Assembly (NCBI GenBank): GCA_001790095.1
Contig: MGBH01000001.1
Location: 1,184,932-1,216,931, forward strand
DNA: 32,000 bases
Origin: Candidatus Saccharimonadota bacterium
GTDB lineage: Bacteria; Patescibacteriota; Microgenomatia; UBA1406; GWC2-37-13
Direction: 5' to 3'
Part shown: one piece after another, positions 27,101-32,000 of the stretch
Layout of the letters: every line of letters starts with the position of its first letter
How positions within the stretch are numbered: position 1 is the first letter of the stretch
Position numbers and translations under genes: made by a program
The notes under the pieces: model-generated
What the model saw: the letters and a program-made list of their open reading frames with translations, nothing else
What the model was told of the DNA's origin: nothing
Database searches by the model: none

Positions 27101-27785
27101 AATAGGAGACATATCGGTTACAGAAAAAGCAGTCGCAGGAGAAATCATGAAGCTACCCGCGACTTTGAACAAGATAGCGATAGATGGTAAGCACGACTTT
27201 TCTCCTATCCTTGAAATCTGTGAAAAAGTGTACGGCTCCATGGAGGGTATCATCGGTCCTGATTATGCTCACAGACTAGTACATCACATAGCAGCAACTA
27301 CTATAAACTATTTTAAAAAAGATACGGTAGCCAGGTGGGCACATGGATTATTTGGTATAGGACGGAGAAACTCTCTTGCAGCGGAGCGAGCAGGAGGAAG
27401 TTCAAGAGTATGGGAATGGGATAGTACTGATATAGATCGTTTTTGTGTTGCACTTGAATCAAGAAGTGTTCTGCCAAATAGCAGTAGAAATCCATCGAAT
27501 CCAAAGCCTGAGTATGCTCCTATTTATATCAATCGGCACTTTTTTGGAAAACCAATCAAACTTCCCATGGAAATCAAAATGTTTGGAAGATCTATTCCAC
27601 TTTTTAGGAAGCGCAAACCTGACTTTGCATGGACTATAAAGAATTTACGTGATAAATTTGGAGGAAATTGGAAAGATATCGCTTTCGATATGGTAAACAA
27701 ATACATACCATTTGTTATTGCATGGCTATTATTAAAATATATAAAAGATGCACTCGATGAATCAGAAGGAAAAAAGAAAAAATAG
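24111..27785 (+). CDS. Giant orphan protein (1224 aa), no signal peptide, short hydrophobic segment near the C-terminus
   Basis: Uninterrupted 3.7-kb ORF with an ATG start. Charged, Ala-rich N-terminal ~200 aa, then a Pro-rich linker (EEPPVEQTQPTPDKPADLPPQELTPDQQ), then ~950 aa of aromatic-rich globular-looking sequence, ending in YIPFVIAWLLLKYI + DALDESEGKKKK. I found no Walker A or other motif I recognise. Confidence 0.8.
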   Translation: MAATNPEHHTGAPTENDTLKAEVARQSASQLVDEVKKIGKMAGEVKRAVDASVDAARKAPDTFEGDKQDKDTARGRAHSVQRTVKKILMAARFPDKLKPIPGEDAQREVVTPIASSLLKQLSSRIDPEYDVSEQTAPYLHQIIDKVLSGGIANADDLKIELDKLNNLKLVNPDLYKEVQESFVEVAKDTGVSEKDAKQKFNVEEPPVEQTQPTPDKPADLPPQELTPDQQRELMNKAREMQAREMHGEGRTEFDASWGRYFSDYFSVSDQPLLKAIFDPEEFKSYVETAKEEVARQLGLAKTDDDVGKKVSKDIERGVVELFGKLYTRLDHERASEFFEQIEQQDVMSGILPAKNALKRRLEKLATALHHDGDLGLFKDGEIKSENSDIPFKDKEGKVRLKPRLLIHPYPEAKRASTSDFIHYLDLKIDTYIDTRKYTHDARAIFLHPVDPEKGFYSQLARFAEQMTTVDFDQMFLLPDADIFQSALLLYDKHVDEMFAKNDWRHAPTMFQPKSGSHRNQLEEDVLHRLKQMYGKDVSDARLDAAVTMAVGASRGMFLTEIEKAAFADPHVNEDGSITYASYYNNDTSALNAFNPMHTFLRFQGVRSTDPILFMPVEGDKFQGSVFTDHRTMWKNMMAYKDAFISGRKGAGLKEGEVLFADYLMNIGKVGGPMERKGWRTTYILQPLYYKDKKGITEGEQTSEIFDHVHTWQRFENIGYEIAQDFVTKLKPDFKGAYAGGAGLANERYVDQKKALFSYIFDRYFTDQKDTTTVDAYLKNIRKNAEAEVWRSIKEGKAPAPNDVRAEIESHVTMTFLNRTLSRLVAQRIPSKILRIDRDRMSEAGKSRWRTIAEEMFPEKEVGDKQSEKFDMVIKDLLFAEQLLRSEVSAKMREIKKLPESEHWKFGHISYELTQETARALLAAKGFDQAQIDKVCTLLGKIETHFTHNTNFLDKTLLKFVQAGDTIVKEYKFTFGLEELDMSFIPWRAAGNRMLPRAIGDISVTEKAVAGEIMKLPATLNKIAIDGKHDFSPILEICEKVYGSMEGIIGPDYAHRLVHHIAATTINYFKKDTVARWAHGLFGIGRRNSLAAERAGGSSRVWEWDSTDIDRFCVALESRSVLPNSSRNPSNPKPEYAPIYINRHFFGKPIKLPMEIKMFGRSIPLFRKRKPDFAWTIKNLRDKFGGNWKDIAFDMVNKYIPFVIAWLLLKYIKDALDESEGKKKK

Positions 27786-27808
27786 TATTAATCCTGTATG
27801 ATATAAGT

Positions 27809-28588
27809 ATGATACGGAACATAACATTAATTAGCATTTTTTGTTTGTTTTTTCTTCTAAAATCAAACGTTTTAGCACAGTCTCCTACTTCAAGCTGTCC
27901 AGGGTTTAATGGAGGACCAGAACCACTGATGTTGGGTGTTAACTGTGGCGTAATAAACAGTAGTAATCCCTGTAGTGCGAAATGTTGTGCCGAACAACCC
28001 TTTTCAGTACACGCGTCAATACCTGGAATATTTAATGTTCTTCCTGGTGCTCAAGATGTTGTTGATGATTTTTTGAGAGACAAATTAAATCCAATACTTG
28101 AATATAAAAGGCAGGTTACTATGCAACCGTGTATCAATATGGGTAGTCCTACTACCCCCGGAGATCTTTCAAATGCAGCCTGTGTTTGTTTAGAACCTAC
28201 TCCAGCCACCTTATCTGCAATACTTAATTTGTGTCAGAATATAAAAAATACAAATGAGAGAGATGCATGTAATAATTGTTTGCAAGGAAATACTTCTGAC
28301 CGTAAGGTAGGTGTATGGACGGGTATCGGTTGTGTATATAGTGATATAAATGGATTTATTCAACATACTCTTTTAGGTTGGGGTATAGGGTTGGCTGGGG
28401 GAATATCTATGCTATGTATCCTCTATGCGGCTTTCATGATGCAAACATCCAGAGGTAATGCAGAGGTGGTAAAAAAAGCTCAACAACTCATGACTTCATG
28501 CATAACAGGTCTTATGCTTATTATATTTTCAGTATTCATACTCAGATTAATTGGAATCACAATCCTAAGAATACCCGGATTTAACTAA
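27809..28588 (+). CDS. Secreted Cys-rich protein ending in a VirB2/TrbC-like (T4SS-pilin-like) two-helix hairpin
   Basis: Signal peptide MIRNITLISIFCLFFLLKSNVLA|QS and an ectodomain with 12 Cys. The C-terminus is GWGIGLAGGISMLCILYAAFMMQTSRGNAEVVKKAQQLMTSCITGLMLIIFSVFILRLIGITILRIPGFN. That is, helix - short polar loop (S-R-G-N-x-E-x-V-K-K-A) - helix, the topology of TrbC/VirB2-type pilins. The family assignment comes from memory of that pattern, not from a search. Confidence 0.7.
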   Translation: MIRNITLISIFCLFFLLKSNVLAQSPTSSCPGFNGGPEPLMLGVNCGVINSSNPCSAKCCAEQPFSVHASIPGIFNVLPGAQDVVDDFLRDKLNPILEYKRQVTMQPCINMGSPTTPGDLSNAACVCLEPTPATLSAILNLCQNIKNTNERDACNNCLQGNTSDRKVGVWTGIGCVYSDINGFIQHTLLGWGIGLAGGISMLCILYAAFMMQTSRGNAEVVKKAQQLMTSCITGLMLIIFSVFILRLIGITILRIPGFN

Positions 28589-28596
28589 GTTGAAGT

Positions 28597-30333
28597 TTAT
28601 TTTTTCTCTCCTTGTTCAGTGGGATTATCCGATTTAGCTTTATATCGAGCCGTATCAGGCGCAGGCATTCCGCTTGTTCCTATCATCTGACCAATTGTTT
28701 TACCAGTAATCGCACTGAGACCCATACTTAAAGTACTTATTTGGCCAACCAAGCTCAGTCCTCCACCAGCCGCAGAACCTGCGCCTCCAAAGAATGTCCC
28801 TAAGCCAAGATTTATTGGAAGAGGCTTTATGCCGAGTGAATCCTTAACTAGTTTTACAAGATCAGGTATCATAAACATTATTCCTAACCCCAACAGTGTT
28901 GAAAATGCCAAAGGATCAATGCCTAGCAAAAAGGGTGGAAACCAGAAGTCGCCAGGATAGGCAAGAGAGTTCATAATGACGTTTCCAACAAGAAACACAG
29001 TAATAATCACAGGAAAAGTAAGTAATTCAGCGAGAAGATTCTTAAACCAAGTAGTAAAACCGGACTTTCCAGGTATTGCATCAATAAGAATAAAAAGTGG
29101 AGCGGTTACGATTAAAAATAATATTTGAAGATATGCACGAAACAACATAAAAAACACACGAAATACCAGAGCAATAATAGTAAAATAGATAACTAGTCCT
29201 ATGATGACTCCGGCACCATATAACATAAGATATGCAAATATTGCAGCAAAAAGAGTCGTTGAACCAACAGACAATAAAGTACTACCAACAAGTTTTCCTA
29301 AATTTATTCCAAATGTGGCAGCCTCAGCACCCATGTTATCAACTAATTCCATGACTTTAAAAGGATATGTGAGAAGTATTGAGAAATCTTTTATTAAAAA
29401 AAAGCCTGCAAATGCTCCACTCACTAATCTAAACACATTATTTACATATGTTGGAAATAGAGTCATAAAGGCAGTTCCAACATCAGTGATAGTTCCAAGA
29501 AATACATCACCTGAGATCCCAGTTAAGTTTTTTCTAATTGGTTGGAAAGAAAGATATATGTTCCAGGGCGTTGCTGATAAATATTCATTTTGCATACTAC
29601 CTACATCGTAATTGGCGCCTCCATTACTTAAAATTGATATTATTATTGCGATTAATATATACATTAGATCAATCAAGAACCCGGCAATTGCAAAGGAAAA
29701 AGTTATAAGCAGAAGTGAAGTTACGATCTTGGGAAGTGCATTCTCAACAGAAATGACTGTTTGAGGATTAATTTTCGTACGAAACATAATCATGAAACCA
29801 ATTGAAACAAGGATAATGACAAGGATAAGATATGCGATATCCCTAAATATTTTCCATACATTCATAAGAGGCTTTATTGCTCCAAATCCCATACCTTCAG
29901 ACGCATATGATTTGGGTACAAATCCAGCATCTTGAAGATTGGTATATACCCAGTATATGCCTGATGCAGGTGGGTTCGCAAAAGGTATAGTGATAAGTTT
30001 AGAGAGATATCCTGAAACACTTTTTGAGACGTTTTTATCACCATCACTAGGATTATCTGTACATGCTTCACCGCTAAAAAAACAGGTATGCATGCGATAG
30101 ATAAAAAGAGCGATTTTACCACTCTTCTTAGCATTAAGCTCCTTATTATTAAGCGCTTTATAAATCTGTTTTCTTGCCAGTTGAGTGACATTTTTTGGAT
30201 TGTATTGTGGTTTATTTTTAGAGAAAAATGAAGCAAAAATCCCAATAATAAAAGCGTAGACTATAAGTACAATTATAGCTTTTTTGCCAAAATTAAAACA
30301 TGAACGAAATAACTGTTTTACCATCGGTATCAT
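28597..30333 (-). CDS. Polytopic membrane protein with Gly-rich C-terminal tail, possibly VirB6/TrbL-like
   Basis: 578 aa. N-terminal anchor, ~110-aa extracytoplasmic segment, then at least 8 hydrophobic helices (e.g. IAYLILVIILVSIGFMIMF, SLLLITFSFAIAGFLIDLMYILIAIIISIL, VIIGLVIYFTIIALVFRVFFMLF). The tail is GLGTFFGGAGSAAGGGLSLVGQ... It is the last gene of the minus-strand operon, 13 nt after the 159-aa ORF. Confidence 0.65.
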   Translation of the reverse strand: MIPMVKQLFRSCFNFGKKAIIVLIVYAFIIGIFASFFSKNKPQYNPKNVTQLARKQIYKALNNKELNAKKSGKIALFIYRMHTCFFSGEACTDNPSDGDKNVSKSVSGYLSKLITIPFANPPASGIYWVYTNLQDAGFVPKSYASEGMGFGAIKPLMNVWKIFRDIAYLILVIILVSIGFMIMFRTKINPQTVISVENALPKIVTSLLLITFSFAIAGFLIDLMYILIAIIISILSNGGANYDVGSMQNEYLSATPWNIYLSFQPIRKNLTGISGDVFLGTITDVGTAFMTLFPTYVNNVFRLVSGAFAGFFLIKDFSILLTYPFKVMELVDNMGAEAATFGINLGKLVGSTLLSVGSTTLFAAIFAYLMLYGAGVIIGLVIYFTIIALVFRVFFMLFRAYLQILFLIVTAPLFILIDAIPGKSGFTTWFKNLLAELLTFPVIITVFLVGNVIMNSLAYPGDFWFPPFLLGIDPLAFSTLLGLGIMFMIPDLVKLVKDSLGIKPLPINLGLGTFFGGAGSAAGGGLSLVGQISTLSMGLSAITGKTIGQMIGTSGMPAPDTARYKAKSDNPTEQGEKK

Positions 30334-30346
30334 ATTTTATTCTACA

Positions 30347-30826
30347 TCATTTAAACCCAAATCTATCCAGCGGAATATTTGGGTAATTAGTATTAAGCCA
30401 CAGATCAAAGTCTTTTTTGTTAATATCCTTTGGCTCTTTAAGGGTAACGATAAAAATATCATTTGCATAGTCAAACGTAATGGTAAAAGAATCTTCGCTA
30501 AGGGGAGTTTTTTGTCGAAGCTCCCTTTTTTGGACAGCAAGATCAGTTTCTTCTTGAGGGATGTTTTGTTTTTCAAGTCCGCCGGTAAAGGTGGGGGCAA
30601 GGGGGGGAAGGGTTGGGAACGTATCGGGTCCCTGAGGTTCTTCATGAGGCGTAATATTAAGTTCTAACGGTTGTTTTGGTTCAATGAGTGTTGGAAGAGG
30701 AAGCTTAGTAGGTTTAGGTTGGGATGGAGTTTGTTTTTTTGTCTGTGGTATGAAAAGGATGATCACTATCAAAACAAGAAGAAATATAAAGGGAACGACG
30801 TAATAGAGTTTTATGTTTGAGTTCAT
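30347..30826 (-). CDS. Small anchored Pro-rich protein carrying the same ~45-aa domain as the shared module of the two paralogs
   Basis: 159 aa. TM anchor VVPFIFLLVLIVIILFI, a Pro-rich linker, then PLSEDSFTITFDYANDIFIVTLKEPKDINKKDFDLWLNTNYPNI. This aligns with PLEEEDFILDYAPNLSKLVVTRKTPQADASFAKWAKTQGYPRL of the 390-aa protein. It starts 1 nt after the upstream stop. Confidence 0.7.
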   Translation of the reverse strand: MNSNIKLYYVVPFIFLLVLIVIILFIPQTKKQTPSQPKPTKLPLPTLIEPKQPLELNITPHEEPQGPDTFPTLPPLAPTFTGGLEKQNIPQEETDLAVQKRELRQKTPLSEDSFTITFDYANDIFIVTLKEPKDINKKDFDLWLNTNYPNIPLDRFGFK

Positions 30827-30827
30827 A

Positions 30828-32000
30828 TTATTTTTTTACTCCAAAAGCTGCGATATATTTAGGAAATGGATAACGACTATTTTCATTTATGGGTGGAGTA
30901 GAGTTTTTACCATAGTAGGGGTCAAAAGCGTATATGTTGCCCTCCTCATCTATATCAGTGATCCAGAAATAATGTCCGCACCCGGCTTCACAATAACTTG
31001 CAAGTGCAAATATGGTCCACCCATTGTCTAAGTATGATCTAAAATCATCAATCACATCCTCCGCAATATATTTTGTAGCACTATAGGGGAGTATATAATC
31101 TGATGTTTTTACTCCATGACTACTTAAAGTTCCCTTAGCTACACCAAGACCTGTGCCACAACCTGCACCACCCACTGATTTATATATATCTACCACCTCA
31201 GGGGGAGTGTATTTTGTATCGATAAAGCTTGAAAGGATCATAGCAACAGTCGTTGGGCCACATCCGCCTCTGCAAATACTGCAGCTTTCAGTCAGCGGAT
31301 AATCATCATATGGTCCATCACATTGGGGATAGTAAATATATCCTCCATATGATTTAGGAGAAGAAGAACTGGAAGAACTTTTTGGTTTTTCCGTCACCCT
31401 CGGAGTCACTCCTCCCGTAACCATCACCGGCGGACGGATCATAAGACCAAACAAGGTAAACAGATCGGTAAGACCTTGTTCAGGGCTCTTGGTGACATAG
31501 GGAGTCTGTACTTCCTCCATGGTCTTATCCGAGATGATGGTGGTCTTGATATTGTCTACAAGGCGAGGATATCCTTGAGTCTTTGCCCACTTAGCAAATG
31601 AGGCATCAGCCTGAGGAGTCTTCCGGGTGACAACAAGCTTAGAGAGGTTGGGAGCATAGTCAAGGATAAAGTCCTCTTCTTCAAGAGGAAGAGAGAGGGA
31701 AGATTGTACTTCCTTCAGTGTTTGTTGTGCTTCCTGTTCTGTTTTCTGTTCTGCCTCTTTCCTTGCCTTCTGTTCTCTATCCTCCTCTACAAAAGAGGAG
31801 TTAGAAGAAGAGGAGGAAGAGAGAGATGAGGAGTATCTCTTATCTACTTGTACAGCTGTTGGAAAGGGAGTTGGAAAGGGAGAGGTTATCGAGGAGGACT
31901 CAGGCTTACTCTTTAGTAAAGATTGAATAAAAAATATACCTATCACAAGGATAAAGAGTATGGAAAGTGCAATGACAAGGTATTTTTTTGAGTTATTCAT
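30828..32000 (-). CDS. Membrane-anchored secreted modular protein, paralog B: shared N-terminal module + papain-fold Peptidase_C39-like cysteine peptidase domain
   Basis: 390 aa; the ATG is the last three bases of the window. The N-terminal ~190 aa are shared with paralog A. The C-terminal domain has CSICRGGCGPTTVAMILSSF (nucleophile Cys in a C-G-P-T context as in C39-like peptidases), CGHYFWITDID (His) and AFDPYYG (Asp/Asn candidate). Confidence 0.75.
   Translation of the reverse strand: MNNSKKYLVIALSILFILVIGIFFIQSLLKSKPESSSITSPFPTPFPTAVQVDKRYSSSLSSSSSSNSSFVEEDREQKARKEAEQKTEQEAQQTLKEVQSSLSLPLEEEDFILDYAPNLSKLVVTRKTPQADASFAKWAKTQGYPRLVDNIKTTIISDKTMEEVQTPYVTKSPEQGLTDLFTLFGLMIRPPVMVTGGVTPRVTEKPKSSSSSSSPKSYGGYIYYPQCDGPYDDYPLTESCSICRGGCGPTTVAMILSSFIDTKYTPPEVVDIYKSVGGAGCGTGLGVAKGTLSSHGVKTSDYILPYSATKYIAEDVIDDFRSYLDNGWTIFALASYCEAGCGHYFWITDIDEEGNIYAFDPYYGKNSTPPINENSRYPFPKYIAAFGVKK
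31422..31988 (-). repeat. Copy B of the intragenic direct repeat (partner 615..1169), 567 bp because of a 12-bp tandem duplication
   Basis: Identical by eye to copy A except for gttggaaagggagttggaaagggag (about 31858-31884) versus gttggaaagggag in copy A. This gives PFPTPFPT versus PFPT. Confidence 0.9.

Noticed and set aside
30284-30667. 127-aa plus-strand ORF with a GKGGGKGGKG stretch, and the 102-aa minus-strand ORF at 30337-30645
   Set aside because: The Gly/Lys run is the reverse-complement reading of the Pro-rich linker of the 159-aa protein. The 159-aa frame has an anchor, a linker and a domain homologous to the modular paralogs, so it is the real gene.
615-31988. The two 555-bp direct repeats as boundaries of a mobile element, genomic island or circular-contig overlap
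   Set aside because: The repeats are in-frame coding sequence of two genes, are not at the window termini, and enclose essential housekeeping genes (recA, valS, rpmH, yidC, clpB). No integrase, transposase or tRNA is present.
24111-32000. Horizontal-transfer island signature for the accessory cluster
   Set aside because: Rough GC counts on sample lines of the 1224-aa gene (about 33-48%, mean near 40%) are similar to valS and recA lines. The lower GC of the membrane genes is explained by Phe/Ile/Leu content. There are no flanking tRNA or recombinase genes. This cannot be settled without a proper composition calculation.
1-32000. Alternative genetic code (UGA recoding as in some CPR lineages), inteins or introns, CRISPR arrays, tRNA/rRNA genes
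   Set aside because: Conserved genes end at TGA, TAA or TAG at the expected lengths; for example, the recA TGA overlaps the recX ATG. RecA, ClpB and ValRS have no extra inserted domains. No direct-repeat/spacer periodicity and no tRNA T-arm-like GGTTCGAATCC motifs were seen in the few intergenic gaps.

Overview
Gene-dense, AT-rich (roughly 35-40% GC by eye), standard-code bacterial chromosome segment. Its content looks like a reduced-genome Patescibacteria/CPR (Microgenomates-like) organism, but the lineage is inference only. Supporting traits: short ClpB and ValRS, rpmH-yidC-jag without rnpA, a three-domain ATP-dependent DNA ligase, a DUF2298 'YYY' membrane protein, many orphan secreted or membrane proteins, and overlapping convergent gene ends. 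Bases 1-24 kb are mostly housekeeping: sod, trmD, yidD, clpB, dprA, rpiB, hup, rny, recA-recX, comM, lig, two GT2 glycosyltransferases, two GT-C-like polytopic proteins, valS, rpmH (47 aa, found by hand, below the ORF-track cutoff), yidC and jag. The part worth attention is 24.1-32.0 kb. There, a 1224-aa orphan protein and a Cys-rich protein ending in a VirB2/TrbC-like two-helix hairpin converge (8-nt gap) on a minus-strand operon. That operon encodes a papain/C39-like anchored peptidase, a small Pro-rich anchored protein and a VirB6/TrbL-like polytopic protein. No canonical P-loop ATPase is encoded in this cluster. The window is bracketed by a 555-bp direct repeat (615-1169 vs 31422-31988) that is identical apart from one 12-bp indel. 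The repeat is the 5' coding module of two paralogous anchored enzymes with unrelated C-terminal domains. Many genes carry a -10-like box 5-9 nt upstream of the ATG and no Shine-Dalgarno, which suggests leaderless expression. I saw no rRNA, tRNA, CRISPR array, transposase or integrase.
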